DNA from: Vicugna vicugna | Lineage: Eukaryota | Assembly (NCBI GenBank): GCA_013265495.1 | Contig: MU057560.1 | Coordinates: forward strand, 942,753 to 1,006,752 | Direction: 5' to 3' | Length of the DNA stretch: 64,000 nt | Shown here: piece after piece, positions 40,685 to 52,065 of the stretch | Layout of the letters: each line of letters starts with the position of its first letter | How positions within the stretch are numbered: the first letter of the stretch is position 1 | Made by a program: the position numbers and the translations under genes | Notes under the pieces: generated by a model | The model's input: the letters and a program-made list of their open reading frames with translations, nothing else | Told to the model about the DNA's origin: nothing | Databases searched by the model: none

Positions 40685-41180
40685 ACAAAATCTAAGTTCT
40701 TAAATCATTTTATAGTCTGAAGTGGGATTTGGTCTTTTTAAAGATGTTAACCTTTCTGTTGTCCCGGAGAGGGATGGCGAAGAGCTGAGTCCCGTGCCCT
40801 CATGTGGGACTCCCTGGGGGAGGGGGGCCAGGAACCAGAAGCCTCCACAACAGGTTTCTCTACCATCCCGAGAAGCTGAGGGTGCTCCCTCATCATGGTC
40901 CCTCCAGACGCTGTGTCAGAAAGTCCGTGGAGTTTGCTAGTTTTTCACACTGGTGAGCCAGTAAATTACGTTGGATTGAATCCCAATTAAAAGACTGTAG
41001 TTTCCATTTTGGAGACCAGTGGTTTCAGATTTAGGAGAACTTCTGTTTGGTCCTGCCATATAGTTCACATCTACAAAGACAACTAGAAAAATGTAGGCGA
41101 GTTAGAGAGGCTTAACTCAACGTGGGGTGGGAAAAAGCGCCTGTCTCCTCCTCAAATAAAATGCTGGAGACGCTCTGATA

Positions 41181-41199
41181 AGTCCAGCAGAGGGTGCTC
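41181..41199 (+). promoter_or_regulatory. Candidate CTCF site
   Basis: AGTCCAGCAGAGGGTGCTC; deviates at the conserved GGC position (T); motif only. Confidence 0.3.
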
Positions 41200-41388
41200 A
41201 GCACCCCTGAAAGCAGAGGGCGGCGAGGTTCTGAATCACTCGACGGTTAGCAACCCAGTGGAAGACATTGGCCTTAACGAGGAACACCACAATCTTTCTC
41301 AAATGCCATCATTTTGGTCACATCAAGAGAATCACATTTTTAATGAGTGTAAATACAACAGCTTGCTCTAAAAAGTGTTGCCTGTGAA

Positions 41389-42339
41389 TACTTAATTTTT
41401 CATAGCAATAAAAATAGTAATAGCATCAAATCCATCATGATATCATTTTAGATATGCTTAGATGAGGCTTCGTTAGCTTAAAAAGTTCTAAAAAGTAGAG
41501 GAAACTTTTTGCTCAATTGTTTGCTCAAAGCTCAATCTTGAACATCTCTTGTTAGCTATTTTTCCAGAAAAGTCCATCAAATTAACACATGCCAGTGGAC
41601 AGTACATAATGATCCTGGCTTTGAAAATCTCTTTAATGATAACATTTGGTCATGATTATGAAAGAGAATGCAGTCAAATTTAATGCCGCTCTCAAGCCTG
41701 CAGATTCTAAATTTGGAATCATAAAAACATGGTGATTTTCCACAATTTTCATTTATGATGGGAGATTTATATGATACAAAGAAAAATGAATAATCTCCAT
41801 GACTTGTGGGCTAAGATCACCAGCATATTTGGATGTGAAATGGTCGAAACAGAAGGGCAGTTAAATACTACTTAATTTTTCATAGCAATAAAAATAGTAA
41901 TATCAAATCCATCATGATATCATTTTAGATATGCTTAGATGAGGCTTCGTTAGCTTAAAAAGTTCTAAAAAGTAGAGGAAACTTTTTGCTCAATTGTTTG
42001 CTCAAAGCTCAATCTTGAACATCTCATGTTAGCTATTTTTCCAGAAAAGTCCATCAAATTAACACATGCCAGTGGACAGTACATAATGATCCTGGCTTTG
42101 AAAATCTCTTTAATGATAACATTTGGTCATGATTATGAAAGAGAATGCAGTCAAATTTAATGCCGCTCTCAAGCCTGCAGATTCTAAATTTGGAATCATA
42201 AAAACATGGTGATTTTCCACAATTTTCATTTATGATGGGAGATTTATATGATACAAAGAAAAATGAATAATCTCCATGACTTGTGGGCTAAGATCACCAG
42301 CATATTTGGATGTGAAATGGTCGAAACAGAAGGGCAGTT
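41389..42339. repeat. Direct tandem duplication, two copies, period 480 bp
   Basis: Copy 1 is 41389-41862 and copy 2 is 41869-42339, with spacer aaatac. Differences seen: a 3-bp indel (tagcatc/tatc) and one T/A substitution (ctcttgtt/ctcatgtt). Confidence 0.97.
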
Positions 42340-42924
42340 TTGAAAGCTCATAACTGAGCAGCGTATTTCTCAGTCTCAATATAACTGTCAGTTAGGAAAG
42401 TATATATAGTGTTTCCCTGACAGTGAGCATTGTAAAGAGTTAGCATAAATGTCTAACTGCCATTGGGAAAGGATCTAGTCTGCTTGCTGCTCTAAGTCAC
42501 TAGTTTTCCGGTAAAGACGTGAGCTCGGTGCCGAGTCTTCAGCCCAATTCATGTTCAAGGCGAAATAAGTTAACAGGAAATCTAAGCCTCGGTTCATCAG
42601 GATGTCACACAGAACTCAGTGTAGAACGTTTAGAGTTGGACAAAGGAGGTTTATTTTTCAGTTTTAGTGTCCAATGAAACCAAGATGCTGCTTTTAAAAG
42701 TGATGAAATAAACATTATAAAAAGCCTAGATAGGTTTTCTATATTTACTTTGTTCTTCTGCTTCTGTGACTTAGACCTGTTACCCCTGGACGCACGACAC
42801 CACGGCCTGCGATGCTCTTCCTCCTCCCGCCGTGGGCTGAGTGTGTGAGTGTGTGTGTGAGTGAGTGTGTGAGGCCACAAGGAAAAGATCTAATGGCAAA
42901 GAAGGGACGTTGGGCTAATTCTTG

Positions 42925-43028
42925 GCTTTGGCTTAAAACTGTTTAATCTTCATTTTCCCAATATAAGGGAGTTGGACCAGATGTTTTGTAATATTCCTTC
43001 CAAAGCTCAGATTTAATGGATCTGTGAA
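42925..43028 (+). mobile_element. MIR3-like fragment
   Basis: aagggagttggaccagatg..ttccttccaaagctcagatttaatggatctgtg. Confidence 0.5.
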
Positions 43029-43137
43029 AATTAGTGTCGGTGTATAATTGCATGACGTCTCCTCTGTTCCCTGAGAAACAATTAGTACTTTATGCCAGTG
43101 GTGGTCTAGCTTCTAGCACATAGTCATTGCCTAGTAA

Positions 43138-43280
43138 ATCTACCTGTCTATCTATCTATCAATCATCTGTTATCTATCTATCTATTGTCTATCTATCAAC
43201 TGCTATTGTTTATTTATCATCTATTATCCGCACGTCTATCTATCCGTCGTCTGTCCATGCATCCGTGTATCCCTCATCCA
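43138..43280. repeat. Degenerate (TCTA)n/(TCCA)n tetranucleotide repeat
   Basis: tctatctatctatcaatcatctgttatctatctatctattg... Confidence 0.85.
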
Positions 43281-46200
43281 TCTTTTGTCTTCATCATCAT
43301 CCTCGTCTGGAGGCTGAATTCCTTCCCCGTGCTTCGTCTGTTCACAAACCTTAAGCCTTGATTTTGTCAGTTCCAGCACCGTAGCGTTCCCCAGACCCCA
43401 TCCAGGTGTGTCAGAATCAAGTTTTCAGTCCAGCGCTAGAAAGAGGTTAGGACGAGGCAGGCGAGATTTACCCTGTGCGCTGTGTGAGTCGCCGGGGGCC
43501 TCGCGCTCCCCAGCGTCGCTCAGTCACCTTGCCGCCCCCTCCACACCCACGCACGGCCGTCAGTAGAGACCCAGTCTTTCAGCAGAGATTTGGTGGGGGA
43601 ACAAAGGCATGAGCCTGGTTGTTTCTTCCTGGCCATTTTCGTTATTTCTCTGAAAGGAATGTGTCTTTAAAAAAAGAGCTACGACCCTCCAGCTGAAACG
43701 ATCCTTTCAGAATTATGTCTGTGTTGCGCAGAAAATCTCTTGTGGCTGAAAGGCCATATAAACATCAGATGCTAAATGTTAAATTATTCATTTTGTCATT
43801 TTTGGGGGAGAGCATTTTAGATCATTCAAACTGTAGCACATATACCACACCTAAATGGGGCTTCAGAGCCCACCCAGAGTCATTTCCCATCTTCTCCATC
43901 AAAAAAAGAAGCTTCCTATCAATGTGGTCATTTAAAAAAAAGTTCATCGTGCTATTTTGTTACCTGTCCACGTAGGGAGACCAGGACCAGCAGAACCGCC
44001 TCGCAAAACATACCCACTGGCCTCTCACACATTCCCACAGTTTATATGAAGATCGAACAAAGAAGATGCGTGATCCTGGTTCTTTTGGAACTCGGGCGTC
44101 AAAGTAAACCAGCGGATGCTTCCGTATGTGTTTGATCAGAGGACAAGTGGCCGAGGCCGGGACCCCAGGCTGGCTCGGCCGCAGCGCGTCGCAGGAGCAG
44201 ACGGGGTCCTGGGTGACAGTGCCGACTTGGCTGCCCGCTTTCCCCGGTACCTGGCATTTCTCTCCCCTTTTCCTTGGATTCTCCCCGCTCCTTTAACCAG
44301 GAAGCTGGTGCTGAATCGTGTTATCTCAGATCCCATAGCTAAAGTACGAGACGCATTTTCAGCGTCCCAAGTCCTCAGGGGAAGGTGAGAATGAACGTGA
44401 CAGAGGAGGCACAGGGGGCATTTCGTACGTGAACGCTGCGTCCCTGCCGTGTTGGGAGGCCCTACGTCATGCTTCCGAGTGGGAGGCCGGGCCCACTTCC
44501 TGCCACTCCAGAAAAACGGGCAGGATCACTGCTTTCTGACTTCCCGGTCAGCGGTGGCTGGGACGTGACTCCTCTAGGTGAACCCCACGCTCCAATCTAG
44601 GACGTGTAGCCTGGAGCAAGCGAGGCTCGGGAGTCGGGGTGACCGTGTCCAGGGAAGCAGAGGCCCAGGCCCCAGCGGGGGCAGCTCCTGGCGGAGACGG
44701 TGTTGTCTCCTGCCCGGCCCAAGCCTGGGGCTCCTGCCTGCGTCCCTGGACGCCCCACCGCCTGTCTGTCCTGCCCTTCACAGCCTGGCTCTACAGACTC
44801 CAGGGCTATTCCCGGACTGAACCGAATTCCTCCTAGACTCAAATGAATGGATGTTAGTTCTGTGCATTGCAACTCAGTGCTGTGATGGACGCAGACATTG
44901 ACCACAGGAGAAGCAAATGCTACTTGCATCCCTCCTGCTCTTGAAGATAGCCCACGTCTGGGAACATCAGTCCCTGACTCGGCATTCCCTTGACCCCTCA
45001 GTCCTCAATTACATTGACCCCAGAGCCCCTCGGTGCCCCTAAAGAGTGTTCATCCCAGTGCAGGAGACCAGGAAAGCCTGCTGGGAAAGCAAAGCCACCT
45101 TGGCTCAGCACCTCGGACCTGTCCAGTGGGTCAGCTTATGAGCAGACGAGTGACCACCTGAGTGCCAGCTGGGGTCCCCGGGCAAACTCTCTGGGCTAAC
45201 GCTGCGAGCCTTGCTGGACCATCTGGCGCTGGTGGAAGCAGTGAGGGGTGGGTGTGTGGTCAGGGGTGAAATCAGATGCCTGGGGGTCCTGGTTCACCCC
45301 GAATCACTAGTCCCATGTTCTAAAAGCCTTCCAGCCGCCTGCGGCAGCCTGGGGACCAGGAAGGGGGCTTGCTCGCTACCTCTGGGTTTCTCGGCCCTTG
45401 GAGAGTCTCACACGTCTAGGAAGACGGTGGCGTAGGACTCCTCACGCAAGAGGACATGCTTTCCCTGAGGAGGATTTAATGTTGCAATAAGCTTTGAAAA
45501 CACCCAGGGTGAACCAAGCAGTGCTGGACCAGGTAGTGTCCACCCTGTGGACCTGCCCTTCACCTATTGGTTTTTCACGATTTTATCACTTTGCCACAGT
45601 TACAACCAAGGAATCCACGTGCCCTTTCACGGGAGCTATTTATTTCATTCTGTTCTCTCAGTCATGCGTTCAGCCGCCCAATGAATATTCCACAATTTGG
45701 AGAATGTGTTTCCAAGTCAGTTTGAGTCCACAGAAACTTGAGTTTGGTCAAGTCATCCACCTGAAGGGGGAACAAAAACAGACTTCATTGTTTACTGGGA
45801 ACCCCCTTGCAATGGTCTAGTGACACGATTGTCTACACGGTGTAACTGGTTCTAAAATTCTGAAATGAGTAATATAGATTATATGAAAAAAAAAACAACA
45901 TGAGCAGTTTTCAAAATAAAGGCACGGCAGTAACACTGAAGCTGCTGTGCGTGAGCGGGCCAGAATCACACACCTGGCCGGGGGAACAGCGGAAGGCAAC
46001 ACCACCCACACAGTGGTACCTGTCTCTTTAAAACTCCCTGGCTCCTAATAGCAGAATCATCTTCTCCACGGCACCTGCCAGCTGTGGAGTGAGAGGCAAG
46101 AGCACGTGCAGGGCCCGGAATATACAATCTAATTAGCACACTAAACCTTAATTTATTGGAGAAGTTGTGAATATAAAAACAATTGTAAATTACCAAAGCT

Positions 46201-47519
46201 CTTCCTTGGCTGCCGTGACGAGCTCTCTGCGTGTGCTGGGCTGTACGCGTTGTTTGCTTTGTATATTGAATTCCCGGTTATGTTTCTCAGCACATCACAG
46301 GGACAGTGAAATTACACTCGACAATGTGTCTACACAGTGACGTGCACGTTGGCAGTCGGGATTGGAATTCGCTGGACAATGGAGCGGCTTCGTTGCAACC
46401 AGGAGCAGACCTGAGAAGTTCTTTGCCAGTTTGCTGTGAATTCCGGGGAGAGACTGAGGACTCATCAGAGGCAAGACGTCTCTGATGACTCTTCCACCAT
46501 TGAGTAGAACAATTTGAAATAATTTCTGTCTCATGATGGCACTCACTTCTTATTTTCCGTATTTCCTGCTCACCTTCCTCCTCCTCTCTTTCCCCCTAGT
46601 CTTCACCTTCTTTGTCAACCTGGGAACCGAGGCCACCGTTTTCCAGCTGAATGAGAGATGCCTTCAGAAGAGGGGGCTCCTGAGTGGGCTGCCTCTTACC
46701 TTTGTATCCTAATGTTAAGACAGACTCAGGTTAACCAGTGGTGCCTTCCAAAGACGGGATCAGATAATTCCGTACAGGAGCTGAGTACCTGGAGACAATG
46801 AGCTTACGTGGGAGAAATTAAACTGGATTTTTCATTGCACACCAGCCAGGGCTTCCACATTACCAATTCTAAATACACTCTGAAGTGTGTCGTTAGCCAG
46901 ACAATACTGACCTTGAACATGAAACTAGTTTGCAGGCCAGGCCCTTCTCTGTCATTTACGGAACTTTCACAGGTTGGTGTGATCGCCGTGGCTTCGTGGA
47001 CACACATGGAGAGGGCAGGGGTTCCTATGCAGTCCAGCGTCAGAGCTCTAGGGAGCCCGTGAAGCTCAGCGCGCGTGGCCACACGGCACTTTTGCGGGGA
47101 CTGGCTTGAGCTTGGGTTGCTGGCTGCCGCTCTCAGGGGGCAACGCCTTGACAACACAGTGCAAAGAGCAGGATTACCATCAAGCACCAAGCTTCGGGAT
47201 CCAAATGCCACTTCCCTCCTGGTCTGCAGTTTCAAGTTTTTCTTTTCCGTGGTCTCACTTCCTCTTCCTGTTTTTTTAAGCTGTATCAATTTATTACACA
47301 TGGTCTTTTTTTGGAAGGGTATGTATCTATTTCTCCTTCGTCTGTCTGAGGGCCTCTCACTGGTCAGGTTTGGAGCCAAGCACTGGACGCAGCCTCTCTG
47401 AAGTTCACGTTTCTGACCCACAGATGCCTGACTGCGTATCAGGAGACAGATCCAATGAGACGGTCGTGACACTGCAGTACCGGCTGTGAGGGAGAGCCAC
47501 ACAGGTGGGGCCGAGGAGG

Positions 47520-47870
47520 GGCAGGAGACAGATGAGCTAGCCAAGGCATCCGGAAAGGGATGAAGCAACGTGTGAGCTAAACTGAAAGGCAGAAAAGGTG
47601 AGTCTCAGGGAGACAAGCAGGGAAAGGATGCTGTGGGCAGAGAATCCCCGGGGCAAAGGCAAGGTGACAGGAATGTGTTTGCTAAGGTCAGAGGACCGTC
47701 GGCGGGACAGTCCTGCTGTGTCACGGAGAGGAGGGGCTGGCAGGTGGATGCTGGCCTTTGAGCCGGGAGGCAGACACGCCGTAGGATGCGAGCGTCGTAG
47801 ATCTCGTCGTGAAGGAGACCACTGAGAAATTTTAGGCAGGGGTGACATCATCGCGTGCTCATGTTTGTGC
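47520..47870 (-). mobile_element. L2 LINE fragment
   Basis: gagctaaactgaaaggc..ggcagagaa..gcaaaggcaaggtgacaggaatgtgtttg...accactgagaaattttaggcaggggtgacatcatc. Confidence 0.6.
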
Positions 47871-48149
47871 TGTGTAAAAATAAAATCAGATCTGTAAATG
47901 TCAGCTGCATTAAAGTGCATTTAAAAATAAGCCCAGGGACATTTATGGCAGAATTTGCGAGCTACCCACACTGATTCATGAAACAAGGATCCAAGCATGT
48001 GACGCAGACCGCTGCGAGAGCCTGCGCCCCTCCTCGGTGCGGAAGACGAAACAGCCCCGTTCATGCGCGGCTTGTGTCACTTTGCCTGACGGTGAGTTTA
48101 TAAAACTTTGATTTTGCTCATCGTGGCTACAGATTTCAGGGCGCTCTCC

Positions 48150-48560
48150 AGCTCCTCCTGCCTGCGTGGTGCCAGCGCAGGGGGAGCGGCTCCCGGAGGA
48201 GGGGCGCCTTTGCGCTGGCGGGTTACGCTCTGCTTGGGGTCCAGTCTGCTTCAATGGCCCACGGGGACCGATTGATCATCTGCGACGATACCCAAGAATG
48301 TCCTGCTCATTTTCTCAAGGGTTTGGTGACCCTTGGGCTCACGAGCTGTCCTGCTGCGGGGACGAGGCAGCCTCCTGCAGGACGCCAGGCGCCGCAGGGC
48401 CGCACGTGGCCCGGCAAGGCCAGCAGGAGGCGCGCCCTGCCCCGCCGGCCCGAGGGCGCCCCCCGGGCGCACACAAACCAGCAGAATCCCCGCGTGCGGA
48501 CCCTTGGCTTGGGTGTTCCCGAGCGCGGCACGCCGTGGCGCAGGAAGTCAGGCGTTGACT
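48150..48560. other. CpG-rich patch (CpG-island-like)
   Basis: Very high GC with many CpG/GCGC sites. Confidence 0.55.
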
Positions 48561-48752
48561 TGCATTTTGGACAAAAGTCTTCCTGCCTCTCCTCCCTGGC
48601 TGCTCGGTTCAACTTCGGGAGATGCTGGCTTCACAGCTTTATGGTCCAACCTTGTTGCTTTGAGCAGAACTCACCATGTCACTCACCATGTCACAGAGCT
48701 GGCCGTGGTCTCCTGCCCGTGGTGTCTGTTCTCATGTGTTCTGTGTCCCTTT

Positions 48753-48895
48753 GCTTCATTCATTTGTTGTTTGAATCAACCATCCAATAAATATTTGTTG
48801 AGGAAAGGGAGTTTTCCAGACACGCAGCTGGGATCCAGGGACAGAGCTGTGGCTGAGACATCGCCCGCCTCGTCCGAGCCCCCAGCCCAGGGCAG
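48753..48895 (-). mobile_element. L2 3' end
   Basis: ttcattcatt..caataaatatttgttgagg..ccagacacgcagctgggatccagggacagagctgtg. Confidence 0.6.
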
Positions 48896-49140
48896 ACGAG
48901 CCGGTGGGTAATCGCAGCGCTGCTGGCTTCACGTCGGAGGCAGTCAGCGTTGGGCAGGACGGAAAGGGAACAGATTACTTCCAGCTGTGCCTGTTCTCAT
49001 GATCAGGAATGAAAAAGCTACCTCCATCTGCTCCCACAACATCTGGAGGAGTGAGGACCGTGACTCACAATGTCCCCAGATGCTTCTCCAAACTCCAAGA
49101 ACTGCCTGGCCGACCAAGACAGAACGTGGGTGTTGTAAAG

Positions 49141-49378
49141 CTGTGGTTCTCAACGGGGGGGTATTTTGCACCCTCCACCACCACCACTTAACCTGCAGCC
49201 AGGGGCCTCTGTGAAGCCTAAAGACATGTTTGCTTGTCGCATCTGGATGAGGGGGTGGGAGCTATAGGCACCTAGTGGGTACAGACCGGGGATGCTGTTG
49301 AATACCTTACAGTGCACAGACCAGCCCCGACAATGAAGAATTCGGGGGGCCAAAAATACCCATGTGCCAAGACCGAGT
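49141..49378. mobile_element. MER20 hAT-Charlie element
   Basis: gtggttctcaacggggggtattttgc..agacatgtttgcttgtcgca..ggcacctagtgggtacagaccggggatgctg..tacagtgcacagaccagcccc..aagaatt. Confidence 0.88.
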
Positions 49379-50252
49379 GTCAGTTATAATACGGCCATGT
49401 TGGCCATAGTCTGAGGCCAAGGACAGTGAAATTATGTCCTGCAACGTGAAAGAAATCTCCATGCAGTTCCACAGTTCTCTCCTGTGTCCAATCACTTCCT
49501 GAGTCCCAGATAAACCGCTTTCTTGTATGGGGCCCGTTTGGAATGTGGATGGACTTTCTTTACTTCCCTGAAGTTCCTCCCAACCTGGTGACACGCAGGG
49601 CTTCTGTGGCCACTACCGTGGGCTTCCTGGACCTGCATCCACATTGGTCATCATGCGCCCCCCACCCCAGCGCCCCTCACCCTGGCTCCCTGTGACTTCT
49701 GCCACCAAGTGGTCGTGGTCCCGAAATGTTTGATGTTTGATGGCCCTGTTTCCGTGAGCATAGCTCTTGGAGAAACTCAAAAGATCAACTTTTTCTTGCA
49801 AATTTTCCCTTCTGTTAAGAAGCATCTATAAAACCCTCAAGCGCTGGAGTCTGAGCATTGATGAGGGGTTCTGCCCAGGGCCACGGGGGGCCCCCTCCCG
49901 CCGTGCGCTGCTGCAGCATGAGGCCTGTGCACAGATCCTTTGATAGCCCTTCTCAAGGGAGACGCCCTGCTTCCCCAGAACATCCCTGATAATGGCTGGG
50001 GGACCAGGAAACGCCTTTGGAATGGCACAGCTGAGCCATTTCGCAGTTTATATAATAACGCAATCTTCATAATTCTTGTTGTTCACATAAATAACACGAT
50101 GCCCCAGGTCCTGTCGAGGGTCAGATCCCCGTGGCCCGCTCTGACGTATGGAATATTGGAAACTAAGACTCAGATTTGGCCTTCATGACTATCTTTAATG
50201 TGTGGTTTTTATGACTTACGATGATCTTAGACATAATTATTTGATTTAATGT

Positions 50253-50470
50253 AATAATAACAAAGACAAAAATGCCTAACGTGTGTTCGTCTCTCATTAG
50301 GTGCCAGGCACTTTGCTACGTAGTTATCTGGCTTGTTACTGTTTAGTCTCACAAAACCCGACGAGGTAGGTGCGTTTGCTTTCTTCATTTGGTGACAAGG
50401 ACACTTACCTCTGAAAAGGGGTTATGTTTCTCAAGATCACAGAACAGGAGGAATCTGAACCCACCACTGA
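50253..50470 (-). mobile_element. MIR SINE
   Basis: gtgccaggcactttgcta...tttagtctcacaaaacccgacgaggtaggtg...caagatcacaga..ggaatctgaaccc. Confidence 0.7.
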
Positions 50471-51605
50471 CACCCAGGGCGGGATTTGATTTGAATGCAA
50501 ATCACCTTTGTTCTTCTTTTAGCCTATAATAAATCATATTCTAAAATGTTAAATGACAGCTTTGCAATTATCATTATTATTGTAGAAAATAATATTCAAG
50601 AACTCTGAATACGGGCCCTAACCTTTTAAAACGATGGGTAACTGAAACCTCATGTTACTTTTATTGTGTTTTATAGAGAAAAAGTCCTTCTGACACGTTT
50701 CTTAATTCTACCCCAACCTCCCCTCCCAAATTTCTCATGTGTCTCCTTTACATATGACTGTAGTTATCACTTTATTTTATTCTCTGTCACAATATATAAG
50801 CTTCAATATAAAATATTTATTGGGAAAAAGCACGTCACATTTAAAGACACTATGTAGATTTTTTGTTGCTGTTATTTGTATAAATACTGCTCACAGATGT
50901 TTGAAAATTCCACAGTGTCACAGTTTGTATAGAAATAGGTTGCCTGTGATTGACTTCTGACCTACAGGCCCAAGGCTCACCTCAAAGGTGCCCAGCGTGT
51001 TAACAAGGAACCATGTCTCTGAGGCTTTAACCTCCCTGCCGCCAACCGAGGGACAAAGGCAGGAGGCTGCTTTCCTGGTGGGCGTGTCTGGACTTGTGGC
51101 AGATTTTGGAGACGATGTGTAGGTGGGCCGCCGCCTCCCTGCCTGGCCTTCCCGTAGGACCTTCAGGGGCTGGGGGTCTTCCTTTGCCGAGTTTGCACGA
51201 GCCATCGCAGACCCCCCCACAACCCTGTGGTCACAAAGCAGGCAACATTCACTTTAGGAAAGACTGAATCGTGGGAACTTGAAACCCACCAGTCTGGGAA
51301 CTCCAAGCCTCCAGACGTCTGGTTATTTCCCACTGTCCCTAGGGTCTCCTCCCGGGGGGGACACCGGGAGCAGTCGCTGGACCCCGCCCTTCACCTCTGC
51401 TGACCACCGAGAGCCCCACTGTCCTGGGAGGGTCATTCTCGAGGAAGGTGCCTCCTGGATCCCCCCTTGTCTGTCTCCAGGCAGTGCTCTGTTCAGTCCC
51501 ACAGCTTCGAGCCCCCCTGGGGTAGGTCCCTCCCCTTGCAGTGCCCCTCCCCACACGCGTTGAGAGAGTCTCCAGGTGTCCAGCCTTTAAAAATAAGTAT
51601 TAGGA

Positions 51606-51745
51606 GGGAGGGAGGGTGTAGCTCAGTGGAAGAGCATGTGCTTAGCATGCACGAGGTCCCGGGTTCAATCCCTTGTACCTCCATTAAGATAAATAAACCA
51701 ATAAACAAATAAATAAAAAAATTCAATCTCCTTTCCCCCCAGAAT
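51606..51745 (+). mobile_element. tRNA-derived SINE, Vic-1-like, with perfect TSD
   Basis: A box tagctcagtgg, B box ggttcaatcc, AGC pseudo-anticodon arm, (A-rich)n linker. 14-bp TSD aataagtattagga at 51592-51605 and 51746-51759. Confidence 0.95.
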
Positions 51746-51962
51746 AATAAGTATTAGGAATGTGCAAGAAGTAAGAGCCTTTCTGTTTTAGAAAATTTGC
51801 CTTTCAAGATTACTGACCACTATAGATTTAGCACATCAAGTTTAATATAGAAAGTTGTGCAGTAAATTACCTGTTCTAGGAAGTTACTACCCTTTTTCCA
51901 GGACACAGATATCCTTGAGCCATTTGATGGGGAACTACTGTATAGCATGATTTTGGGAAAAA

Positions 51963-52065
51963 ATACGTATTATATAACATATTTAAATATAAATATATAT
52001 AATTAAATGTAATATATATATATATATATAACTATGTATAACTTTAGCTATAGTACATATATGTA
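51963..52065. repeat. (TA)n-rich low complexity
   Basis: Seen directly. Confidence 0.8.

Noticed and set aside
41389..42339. Possible LTR pair or CRISPR-like repeat
   Set aside because: The copies are adjacent with a 6-bp spacer; no TG..CA ends, internal region or repeat-spacer array.
46804..47568. 254-aa ORF on the minus strand
   Set aside because: Non-ATG start at the edge of an L2 remnant and no recognisable protein similarity; only a database or codon-conservation test could revive it.
51606..51685. tRNA-Ala(AGC)-like cloverleaf (also 12449 and 40684)
   Set aside because: Followed by a SINE-specific tail and flanked by TSDs, with mismatched stems: SINE heads, not tRNA genes.
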